A stretch of DNA of 62,909 nt, the filler included, from Globobulimina sp. (Eukaryota): the NCBI GenBank assembly GCA_003354225.1. It is 19 parts of 19 records of this genome, joined end to end, with 100 filler letters (N's around TTAATTAATTAA, not from the genome) between each part and the next. Parts side by side here need not be neighbours in the genome. Positions count along the whole stretch, not along the records: positions 33,188 to 36,402 come from PIVH01003396.1; positions 36,503 to 39,716 come from PIVH01003397.1; positions 39,817 to 43,030 come from PIVH01003398.1; positions 43,131 to 46,344 come from PIVH01003399.1; 15 more parts are not named here. One strand, written 5' to 3'. Positions 35,248-46,444 of this stretch are shown piece by piece; positions within the stretch are counted from its first letter, which is position 1, and the number at the start of each line of letters is the position of its first letter. Position numbers and translations under genes: made by a program. The notes beneath the pieces are model-generated. The model was not told where the DNA came from. It did no database searches and saw only the letters and a list, made by a program, of their open reading frames with translations.

Positions 35248-36366
35248 ATGGTGAAGATCTTAAACATCCTCCAATGGGCACGTAATGTTGTTTGCTGTAA
35301 ACAAACAAACATACCAACATGCACAGCTTTGTTGATTGTACTGCTATTAACTTACATTGCCATTTATTTCCTCCACACGGAACCTTCACTAGAAACAACA
35401 CTCAACGTAGGAGGGATATGTGGCACATCAGTCCACCCAACAAATCTCACAACATTGGTCATAATGTCATATACAAATAACGAGGCATTGATGCGGCTAT
35501 TATCGCAATACAATAATTGCAGCAAATTTGGTGGTATAATCTATGAGATAATAATTGTATGGAATGAGCCGACATTATCCTTTAATTGGAGTCACACATC
35601 ATTGCAAATTGATAATTTAACCAACAAAATACCGATCAATGTGTACCAGCAAAGCAAGAATTCAATGGCAAATCGATGGTTTATATCTCGCCATCACTCA
35701 TTCAAAACATCATCGGCCATTTTTATCGATGACGATATGTATATTAATCAATATGGCATATCGTGTATGTTACAAACGTTTTTAAGGAACAAATTTAAAA
35801 TCATTGCACCGTCAAAGACCCATATACGCACAACCCGACAATTGGTCAAATCGCAGAGTAAAGCAAAAGATATATATGGTAGAGTGCAATGGGAGTATGA
35901 GAATAATAAACATGCGACCTATTTTAACATGTTATTGCCCGGAATGAGTATGTTTAATACTCGGTATTTGCCACAATTGGCTGTCACCATGGAAGAGTAC
36001 GACTTATTGGCAATTATCGATGAGCAAAGCGCACATTGCGACGATATATCGATGATGTTAGCAATGGCAATGTTGAACTCTGGGAATAAATATTTATTTG
36101 GAATTGATCACATTTTGATTGAGGATTATTCTGTTTACAGAGCACAGAAAGCGCTCACTGACAAATCGCAGAAGGATTGGATCGATATCAGATACAAAGA
36201 AAGATCGGAATGTTTGACAATGATTATGAATAAATTCATTTCATACAATAAAGAGAAACGTACAGTTGTTATAAATCCAATCGTTTACCACCAACGGCCT
36301 GATGATGTGATGAATTGTAGGCGGTGTCCATGGTGTGATCAGCGAGCTTGTTGGTATAAAGAATAA
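35248..36366 (+). CDS. Glycosyltransferase family 64 (EXTL2-like), type II membrane protein
   Basis: N-terminal TM; IIIVWN, NSMANRW (compare NSLNNRF), FIDDDM (DxD), HCDDI (compare NCEDI). Confidence 0.78.
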   Translation: MVKILNILQWARNVVCCKQTNIPTCTALLIVLLLTYIAIYFLHTEPSLETTLNVGGICGTSVHPTNLTTLVIMSYTNNEALMRLLSQYNNCSKFGGIIYEIIIVWNEPTLSFNWSHTSLQIDNLTNKIPINVYQQSKNSMANRWFISRHHSFKTSSAIFIDDDMYINQYGISCMLQTFLRNKFKIIAPSKTHIRTTRQLVKSQSKAKDIYGRVQWEYENNKHATYFNMLLPGMSMFNTRYLPQLAVTMEEYDLLAIIDEQSAHCDDISMMLAMAMLNSGNKYLFGIDHILIEDYSVYRAQKALTDKSQKDWIDIRYKERSECLTMIMNKFISYNKEKRTVVINPIVYHQRPDDVMNCRRCPWCDQRACWYKE

Positions 36367-36502
36367 AAAAAACTCGACTTCAATATTTAATTTGTCCGCT
36401 TANNNNNNNNNNNNNNNNNNNNNNNNNNNNNNNNNNNNNNNNNNNNTTAATTAATTAANNNNNNNNNNNNNNNNNNNNNNNNNNNNNNNNNNNNNNNNNN
36501 NN

Positions 36503-37379
36503 AATCTAATTTTGCCTGTGTCAATGGCATAAAATCATAGGCAGTTTGCTGTGGATCACTGGTATTTGTATTTGTATTTGCGGCATTGGGCAATGGTGGT
36601 ACCCGTCTCATTGGTTTACAATCAATATTTTCAATATTTTGTTTCTTTGGATTTGTAATCAATATTTGTTGAATTGGCGCTGCTGTGGCGGTGGCTGTGG
36701 CTGTGACCGCTGCTTTCTTTCGTTTTGGATACTCTTTAAAACCATTCTTATGTCTTGAATCTCGCTTATTTTTTCTCTTTGCTTTTTTGTTATTATGTTG
36801 TCCATTACACATATTATCATAATGTCCATTTTTTTTGCGTTTCTTGTTGCTGCCTTGTTGCTGTTGCTGTGGCTGATCATCGTTTATTGGTTTATTGACC
36901 ACGGCCATGGATGAAGAGGATGTATCAGACTGCGACGTGGATATCGATCGCGTGGATGATGTATCCGAAGTGGAGGAAGCATTGGATATGGAACGTATGA
37001 CAGTTGATGGCAACAATAAATTTTCATTGGATTTCTTGTTCTGTTCGCCTTTTCTTTTACGATGTTTATGTTTATGTTTTCGTTTTGATTTTGGTTTATT
37101 CTCAGCGGACGCACCCACTCCGGGACCGGGACCAGGCGATGGTGATATTGGTGGTGTTGCTGATGGTGAATCATTATATGGCTCAACTTTTGATTTTTTT
37201 TTACGTTGAAAACTATCCTTATTGGTTCTCTTATGATTCTTGATGTGGTTCTTATGATTTTCTTCGTTTTCTTTTTTGTTGCAATTGGGATCATTGCTAT
37301 TAATGTCTCGCTCGCTCTCTCTCGATCGGGTTCTCAATGCAGTTGAAAATTGATTTGGTGGTCGCTTAGTATTTGCCAT
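36503..37379 (-). CDS. Low-complexity basic N-terminal region of an unknown protein, 3' partial
   Basis: ATG-initiated open frame to the contig end with K/S/Q-rich tracts. Confidence 0.6.
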
Positions 37380-38431
37380 TTTGGGTACAGACTATGTATA
37401 AATCAATTATATATTTTTTATATTTTTCAGTTCATGCATGAACTAATAGAGGAATGTAAAAAAAATGCACTGATACCGGATGATTTCGATCGATCACAAG
37501 GAACACCGCATAATATGTCATAAATAATAATAATCCAACACCGAATTGTATCATCATAACTTGTGATTCGCCTAAAATACTATGATCATATCCATCATTT
37601 TCCATTACCGGTTCTGACATTAATATAAAATGAGATTATAAATCCCAAAAATTATTACGTATGTAAATATGGAATACAATTAATGAATATGGCCAAGAAA
37701 ACCTCCTGTTTTACTTTAGATGATAAGGAAAGGACCAAAATAGATAAACAATCAACTATTGCGATGGATGGTAGCACATTAAAAATGTGGCTTAACTCCA
37801 AATACTTTCAGCAAAAACTCGAAAACTGAAACATTTCTTCTTTTTCAGATTTTTAGCTCCTATGTTTGTGTGCTGTGCAAAAAAGGATAATCTGAAATGT
37901 GAACCTTCTAAATACTTCAAAAAGAACCTTCTAAATACGGGTACGGCAAAATAACGAAAAAAAAACAAACAAAAAAAAGGAGAGAGAAAAGAAGAGAAAA
38001 AAAGTTAAAGAAAAATACTCGTAAAAATACTCGTAAGTCGTAATATAACTATAATTGTTGAGTTTATTTTATTTTATTTTATACAGATTTAATCTTCAAT
38101 GAGTTCAACATCATTCAAACTGCTTTCAGTGATACTCTCATATCCGGACAGGTTTGGTGACATAAACATCGATGTATAATCTGAGTGCATAAGTTTTTTC
38201 TCACTCACCATATTTGTGGTTGCCTCCATTGTGGTGATACGTCGTTTATTTCCTTTTACCATGCTTTTTTTCCAAAAAATTAGTTCAATAAATAATGCCG
38301 TCATAAACACAAATTGTGACCATGTTGAAGCATATAAAATAATGTTTTTCTCTTTTCCAACGCCAGAACAAATTCCAATGAATGTTTCATTAATAATGCA
38401 AAACGTGGCGACGATGGCCTGTTTCAGTGAC

Positions 38432-38467
<36 letters not shown>

Positions 38468-38836
38468 AAGCACAAGCAAAATTTAATAAAAATTGCATTC
38501 AAAGTTAACTGCTGTATAAATTTCAGATTTTTTCGGGAAAAATATAGCCCAAAATGAAAATACTAAATACATAATATTCAATAATCCCCACCAAATCGAT
38601 CTGAATTTTCCTTGGCTTAAACTGAGTGGTCCTTGACTCTGATAAGAATCATTTAAAAGTGTATAAATCCAGCCAATCGATGCCAGCTAGTGAGTGATTA
38701 ATGCTTTTTTAGAATCATATATTGAGTGATCAATAGAGGCTGAACTGTTGCAAGAAACCACGTACAACCAACTATTCTCTTTTCATAAGCCATGCTTGGT
38801 TGCTCGCCAACTTAATTTTACTCTAAGCCTGAAACA

Positions 38837-39700
38837 ATGCCAAAGGACATAATTAATATTGTGTTTGCTCCCAAGAAGTTCAGTGCTGTTACGAGTGCAA
38901 ATGATATTATTACATGGGAACAAGCCAGGAAAAGAATGCATCAATTTCATTCAAAACCGTTTCTGATAGGTAACCCACAATTTATTAAACCACCTTTGAA
39001 ATATCCAAATAAAAAAGCAATCCCCAAAAATAAAATATTGCGCAATATAATATGTTTATGGTGGGGGGATATTACCAAACTTAACATCGAATCAATTGTG
39101 AATTCTGCAAATATTCAATTTAAAAATGGCGGTGGTGTTTGTGGCGCAATACATCGGCGTTCAGGAGATGAACTATATAAAGAGTGTGTTGCCAAATATC
39201 CAAATGGTGGTAACATCACTGATTGTATTATTACCAATGCGTATAAATTAAGCTGCAAATATGTAATTCATGCAATTGGTCCTGCTCAAATTGATTATTA
39301 TAAATTAAGTGTTACATATAAAAATGTATTAAAATTATGCATTCAAAACAATATTAAACAAGTTTGCTTTTGTTGTATTGGATGCGGTACACATAATCTT
39401 CCGATAGTGCAGGCTTCGAAAATTGCTGTTTATTCTGTTGTTAAATATCTCACTGAGCAGTATAATGATGGAAATAAAAATGATGACAGTGAGGATAAAA
39501 ATGTTGCTAAGCAATGTGATAAAAAAGAGGATAAAAATGAGGATGAGCACGAGCATAAAAACGATGACAAAAAAGAAGATAAAGACGACGTTAACGAAGT
39601 AAAGTTTAGATATCAATTTTTCGATAAAATTGTGTTTAATTGCTGGACTGAGATTGAATTAGATGCTTATAAATGGTGGTTGACTGAACAACTTGGTTAA
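38837..39700 (+). CDS. Macrodomain protein (MacroD-like ADP-ribose binding/hydrolase)
   Basis: GDITKL..IVNSAN...GGGVCGAIH, YVIHAIGP, FCCIGCG. Confidence 0.9.
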   Translation: MPKDIINIVFAPKKFSAVTSANDIITWEQARKRMHQFHSKPFLIGNPQFIKPPLKYPNKKAIPKNKILRNIICLWWGDITKLNIESIVNSANIQFKNGGGVCGAIHRRSGDELYKECVAKYPNGGNITDCIITNAYKLSCKYVIHAIGPAQIDYYKLSVTYKNVLKLCIQNNIKQVCFCCIGCGTHNLPIVQASKIAVYSVVKYLTEQYNDGNKNDDSEDKNVAKQCDKKEDKNEDEHEHKNDDKKEDKDDVNEVKFRYQFFDKIVFNCWTEIELDAYKWWLTEQLG

Positions 39701-39816
39701 GACTTAAGAGTAGATCNNNNNNNNNNNNNNNNNNNNNNNNNNNNNNNNNNNNNNNNNNNNTTAATTAATTAANNNNNNNNNNNNNNNNNNNNNNNNNNNN
39801 NNNNNNNNNNNNNNNN

Positions 39817-41835
39817 AAATGAACAACTTTTTACACATGCCAGTATGTCTAAGTTTATTTATTCAGTTATATATAAAAATAGATTAATGTGTAACTATGA
39901 CACGTTGCCAGGCACTCAATTCCGTTCCATGTATCCCTCTCTAGAAGATTCTCACAATGACATTCATGTTATTGTTGGTGGCAATGGTGGACAAATGGCA
40001 GGTGTAGCTTGGGCAGCATTTGACATTGTTTTTTGGTTACACCATGCCAATGTGGATAGGATTTATGAATCCTATTTAGTAATGGAACCGGATTCACAGA
40101 GGGAGTTTGCAAGGAATGACCGGAGTTTATACAATCGGAGATTAGAGCCGTTCAGAAAAGCAAATGGTGCCAGTTATACAGCTGGGGATGCTTTCAATAC
40201 TCGCAGTTTAGGATATGTCTATGATAGACTTATGGCGGCACCACGCCAACAGTTGCACGAGCCGCCAGTGTTATTAATGTTTGCTGGTGTCAAAATTAGT
40301 GAACTTGAAAGCAAATGTTATCAGATTCATGCCTTTATTTATGATAAAGCAAAATATAAAGTGCCAAAAAAAGATCCCATAAAAACCATTGATGACATGG
40401 CCAATTATTATGAGTCTGATAATTATGCCGGCGGTGTTGGCATTTTTGGCCGAGGAATGGAGTGCAAGACATGCAGAGAATCACCACCAAGGAATATTAT
40501 TATTGACATCAGTAAAACAGTAAAAACATTAAGGTACAGATTTTGCAATGTAATGTTATAAATCTTATAAAGCGTCGTAATGTTCAAATTGAATATCAAA
40601 TGAAAAAAAGTCATTAAAGAGCAGCAAAATTAATTTTTCAGCGTCAGAACGTGGTTGGAAAATTTTATGACGCTGAAAAATTAATTGTGGAGGTTCTTAA
40701 GTTTTTTTTATTTCAACATTCAAATAAAATCCAATGACTCTAACTGCTTTATAATATGTATGATATTTTAAGAATTTCTCGATACAATGCAGTAGCAAAG
40801 ATATATGTTTTAGAGACTACCGATGAGTCAAATCGATTGAAAAAATTAAAAGATACGCCATTGCCCACACCGATTATCACCGGTCCTTTATTTGACACTC
40901 GAGATAGAATTAAAAAATATGACAAACGCAATCGAAAGAAACAAAATAAACGCGAAGTAATGGCATTGCAGAAATATTTACAACGCTTTGGATATTATGA
41001 TATCGACAGCAATGCAATCAATGGCGATTATGACAGTGACACAGAAGTCGCAGTTAAAGATTTCCAGAAAGCCACTGGAGAGTTGAGGATCGATGGCGTG
41101 CTCGGAGTGAAAACAAAGGAACGCATAATGAAAATGAAGCGGTGTAATAATAAGGATGGTTTTGCCTCGAATAAAGTGCGTGATGTCGCGACTGATTATG
41201 AAAGCAGTTGGTACCGAGGCAAATATTCATTTTTATATGTCATTGGACAGATTCCTGGCTATTTACAGCTGGAAGCTGTACAGAAATGTATTCGTGCGGT
41301 CTGCGATGAATATACACGGAAAAGTAGAAATATATTGACTTTTGAAGAGGTAATACCGATGTCTGGAGATGACGATGACGCAAAAATTGATATAAGTTTT
41401 CGTTGGGAACGATTCAAAGATGACGACGATGTGTTGCAGTATGATGGGCCCGGCGGTATTTTAGGTCAAGCTGGGAATGGATTTGTTGAGTTTGATTTAG
41501 CAGAAAGATGGGTGATTGGAATGAGTGAGAGCGATGAAAAGGAATTGTCTGATATACAGGATGTGACAACGTGGAGGAGAGGACAACCGACAATATCATT
41601 ATATTACACTGCATTGCATGAATTGGGACATTGTTTAGGTTTGGATCATAGTGTGAATGTGGCGGATGTTATGAGTCCATGGTATAATCCGAAACAAAAA
41701 GAATTGTCGGTGAATGATGCACGCCGTTTAACCAAAATTGCTGTTTATGGACAAAGAGCATCGGGGGCGGATTTAAAGGTAAATAAAATGTATGATAGTG
41801 AGCCTTCGGATGATGAAGTTATCGATGCTCCGTAA
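39817..41835 (+). CDS. Tyrosinase (CuB site + C-terminal cap domain) fused to an M10 matrixin (pro-domain + catalytic domain); intron 40534-40772; 5' partial
   Basis: HNDIH...AAFDIVFWLHHANVDR, LGYVYD, CKTC. A phase-2 intron GTACAG...TTTTAAG joins this in frame to LQKYLQRFGY...AVKDFQ...DG, KRCNNKD, HELGHCLGLDHS and VMSPWY. Confidence 0.8.
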
Positions 41836-42197
41836 TGTATATAAAACATATAACAAATGTTTTATGCGTATTTTTGTGTGTTTTTGTATGGTTTAAAATG
41901 TGAAAATACTAAAAATTATTTTCTGAATACTCAAATGGTGGGTGGGTAATGGGTATCCATCATTGCGGTTCACCGTCAACACTCCCAAAACGATTTGCAG
42001 TGCTTTTTCGTCCAATGATTATAGATTGTTCAAGGGAGCATTTCTGCATTGTTGCGATTTATATATCCGAGTTCCTATAAAAAGAAATAATATATCCGAG
42101 TATATCCGAGGGAGTTATAATGAGAGGATACGTAAGTAATGTTTTTAAATACAATTCTTACATCGGTATGATTCAGTGTATTTATGATTGTTTTACC

Positions 42198-43030
42198 ATG
42201 TCGCAACAACACGAACAAGAGAATGATAAAAAAGTAGATAACAAAGTAGATAACAACGTAGATAACAAAGTAGATAACAAAGACAATAATTCAGTAAATC
42301 TATTGGAATTAGTTAGCATTTGTTATGATTTAGCTGCTCAATCTGGAATTAAAATATGTGAAATTCTCGAATCTGGTAATCTTCACGTTCACGACAAACA
42401 CAATAACGAAGACTATAAAAAGCAACCAATAAAAAATGTACATATGCCCAAATTAAATAAAAGTGTGACACTGATTGGTTTATCCTCATTTGAAGCAAAA
42501 GACCCACAAACTTTGGCAGATGTTGTGGTGCAAGAGCTCATTGAACAAGGTATACATTCAATATATCCAGATATCGTAATCAAAGGAGAAGAGAATCTTG
42601 AAAATATTTCAAATCAACGTGCCTACATAAAACATCATCGTATTAAAAATGTAAAAATATCCAAACCTTTGCCATTGAAATATTCACAGTTATTATCGAA
42701 ATATGCTCCGAATTTTGCGCATATGTATTTAGATTCAAATGACTTGGTTTTATGGATTGATCCCGTCGATGGGACTAAATGTTTTACGTTGGCCCCAAAA
42801 GACGAAGCAGCCAAACAATCCGTGACTTGTTTAATTGGCATTGCGTTGAAAGGCAGACCCATTGCAGCTGTAATAAATTGTCCTTTTGCTGTTGATACTA
42901 AAACTTATTTTGCAATTGTCAATATTGGTGTATTTGGTGTATATGATGAGCATATTTTAAATGCGAAATATTTAATAAATGAAAGAAAAAGGAATTTAAA
43001 TAGACGCTATATTGCAGCGAGTATGATTTA
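42198..43030 (+). CDS. Inositol monophosphatase family, 3'(2'),5'-bisphosphate nucleotidase-like, 3' partial
   Basis: DPQTLAD, KGEE, LWIDPVDGTKCF, VTCLIGIA. Confidence 0.85.
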
Positions 43031-43130
43031 NNNNNNNNNNNNNNNNNNNNNNNNNNNNNNNNNNNNNNNNNNNNTTAATTAATTAANNNNNNNNNNNNNN
43101 NNNNNNNNNNNNNNNNNNNNNNNNNNNNNN

Positions 43131-46100
43131 TATATGAGATTTGATTAAAGGATAATTGGTCATATTTTGTATGTTTAGCTGCAAAATTGGCCAATCTGTC
43201 GACTTCGTCATTGAATTTATTATTATTATGCGATTTTATTTTTATAAATGATATAAATACGTTTGGTTTGTTTTGTTGTATTTGCATAAGTTTTATATAT
43301 ATATTTTCTATTAATACTTTAGTTTCGTTATATTTTGGATAGTTTTGGTTATTAATAAATTGGAGGAGTGGAAAGTTGTCAATATAGATTTTGTAATGGA
43401 TATGGGAGTTATTTGGAGCGTTTACAATATAATTTAGTATCATATGGACAGCCTCAATCTCTGCAGTGGTGATAGTTACTGGGATCTTGAAATAAAATGT
43501 CTGTTTGAACGCGTTTGGGTGGGATGGTTGGGACGGGATATAGATGGCAGCTCCTCCTTTTCCTGGATTTGGATCACAGGATCCATCGGTAAATGCAATG
43601 GTAATTTTGTTGTTGTTGATCATGGATGGATTTGCTGGACAGATATCGACATCAAAGTTTGCTGGGATTAATTTTAGGTTATATGTCGGTGACGAGGTCA
43701 CTTGCAATTTATTCATTTTATTGAAGTCCTGGGAGAGGGCTTTGATTGTATTGTTTTTCTGGCAATATTTTGTGGCAATTTCTAATGGATTTTTATTTAA
43801 ATTAGAGAATTTATTTGGTTTGGTTTTATTTGGTTTTCTGTATTGGTGGGATTGTATAGTTTTTTTGTATTTGATTAGGGCAATATATGTTTTATTTAGT
43901 GGGTGGTAGCTATCATTATAATAAACTCTGGCAAGTTGCCGCATCGTTAGGTAATGGGCTCTATATTTAATGGGTTCTATTTTTAGAAGGAATTGGAGGA
44001 TATCCATTGGCGAATCCAATCTGCAGGGAATCGCTAATCGGAGGAATTTATTTTGGAGGACTTTTAATATACTTTTGGAGTCATACGGGAAGTAATGTGA
44101 TAAGCCATATTCTATTCTGGATCGGGCGAGGGATTTATATAGGATTGCTATGGAGAGCGGGGACAGTTTTATGCCGGATTTCATTGTAAAAAAGAGCCGC
44201 CAGTAACTGCTCATAGTTTTGGCTTTTATTTTGGAGAAATGGGCATTGAAATTCAAGCGTTCATCAAACCACAATCCAAGATATCGAGCGGACTTTTTAT
44301 ATTGTATTGGAGTTTTAAGTATTGTATATTTGCTTATTTGGGATGTTTTATTCGAGATCAGATCAGTTTTATTTGTGTATTTAGGGTGGAGTTTGAGGTT
44401 GTTACTATGCGAGAAATTCATGGAGAGGCATTTGGATGGATTTATCATGAGCTGCCATTTAATGCACCAATCTCCGAAATTATTTAATTCTTTTTGGAGG
44501 AACTTATATCGGATCGAATCTTTGGTTCCAGGGCTTGTCCAAAAAGCAGTATCATCTGCAAAACAGGCAAAATGGACAAAATTTGGAAAGTTTATTTTAA
44601 AATCATTAGTAAAAATGATATATAGGATAGGAGACAGTGCAGACCCTTGTGGGACACCAATTGGTTGTGCTACCCAATGGGACTCTGCCTTTTTGGCAAT
44701 GACTTTGGTGTATCTTGTTTGTATGAATGAAGCAAGTACATTTAGGATATTTCCTTTTATTTTATTTTTGATTAATTTATATATCAAGCCATTATGCCAT
44801 ACACTGTCATAGGCTTTAGAGAAATCGGTGAATACAACGTCAGTGTCACTGACCATATCAAATGATGTTTGTATGTCAGTTATAAAAGTTGTTAACACAT
44901 CATCGCAGCATCTGTTTATCTGAAAGCCGCATTGATAGTTATTGAATATCTTGTTTTCTACACAGAAATGTTGAAGTCTGTTTGCTAGGATTTTTTCAAA
45001 AACTCTACCAAGGCAGGAAGATATTGCAATGGGTCTGTAGTTTTTAGGGTTGCTATGGTCTTTGTTTGGCTTTGGAATAGGTAGAAGATGAGAGAAGTTC
45101 CAGTAGCTGGGGAATATTCCTTTGGTCATACATTTATTAAACAAAGGAAGTAAGCAGTCAATAAGCGACTCACCACCATATTTTATCATTTGATTATGGA
45201 TTCTATCTGGTCCGTATGCTTTGTGTGTATCAAGGTTTCTTATTACTGATCGAATTTCGTATTTTAGTATTGGATCATTCAATATTTTATATTCATTATT
45301 TGGTATAGGGATATTTGTATTAATTCGTGAAGGAGTTTTGATTTTTGTTTTATTATTTTGAACAATTTTATCGTGCATTATATTATGAATATCATTTTTA
45401 TCATTTTCTGGTGAGTTTTTATGGTGTTTAAGGAATTCGGGGACAAACTTATTTATATATTTATGCCAATTATTATATTTATCACTTATTTTAGGTTTAG
45501 GAGGTCTGGTCATTGCCTCTTGCAATGCTGTTGCTTGTTGGTAAGGGTCAATTATATTAGTTTTATTTTTATAATTTAATGGAGGGATATTATTTGTATT
45601 GATTCCATTTGATTTATTATTTGATATGGTTCGCCAGAAACGGCGTCCATAGTCTTTACATGTTTGGATATATCTATTTATACGGTTATTATATTTTGAT
45701 TTGGCCACTTTAATCGCTCTTAATTTTTTCGATTGTAAAGCATTTAATATAGGTTTTAATCGCTTATATTTGGGGAAAATATGGAAATCAGTGGCATTTC
45801 GGCGTGCTTTTTTCTTCATTCTTTGGATCCGCCGCCTAAGACGTTTGCAGCGCTTTTTTAGTTTTTTTATTTTATTATTCCACCATGGTTTGTGGCCACG
45901 ATAGTAATATTTATACCCTATGGACTGTTCTGCAGTGTATAGGATAAGGAAAGTAAGCTGCTCAGTGTATACATTTGGATCTGTGTCAAAAATAGTGTCA
46001 TTTATATTCATTTCTAATGAAACTGCGTATTTGCTCCATTTTTTTGTATCGGATAGGTTCCACGTTTTTTTTGTTTCACTAAACCCGAAAACGTTCTCTA

Positions 46101-46344
46101 TTTCAAAGGAGGTGGCAATGGGAACGTGGTCCGAGCAGTTCTGGTCATATAGGGAATGGAGAATTGACCAATTTGTATGTTTTAAATTAGCAGAAATCAT
46201 AGTTAAATCAATCGCAGATTTGGTTTGGAATGATTTATGGATATGGGTATAGGATGGATTTATAATATTTAAAATTTGCATTCCAAGGTGGTTCAGGCCA
46301 TCAATGAAGTTATCTGATTCATTGGTGGATCGATTGCTGCCCCA
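43131..46344 (-). mobile_element. Non-LTR retrotransposon (LINE) ORF2: APE endonuclease C-terminus, reverse transcriptase and RNase H
   Basis: SAIDLT and CSDHVPI (APE); KAYGPD, NYRPIAISS, DFSKAYDSVWH, GVPQGSALSP, FADD, YLG (RT); FTDGS...AEIEA...YIDN...SH...NDEVDRLA (RNase H). More than 1050 codons with no stop. Confidence 0.95.
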
Positions 46345-46444
46345 NNNNNNNNNNNNNNNNNNNNNNNNNNNNNNNNNNNNNNNNNNNNTTAATTAATTAA
46401 NNNNNNNNNNNNNNNNNNNNNNNNNNNNNNNNNNNNNNNNNNNN

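Noticed and set aside
37432-38560. Short hydrophobic ORFs and a (TA)n tract
   Set aside because: Fragmentary with no consistent gene model; possibly a decayed membrane-protein gene, but not supportable.
11230-39700. ART-like writer plus macrodomain eraser as a linked system
   Set aside because: They lie on different contigs that are adjacent only because of length sorting, so there is no evidence of linkage.
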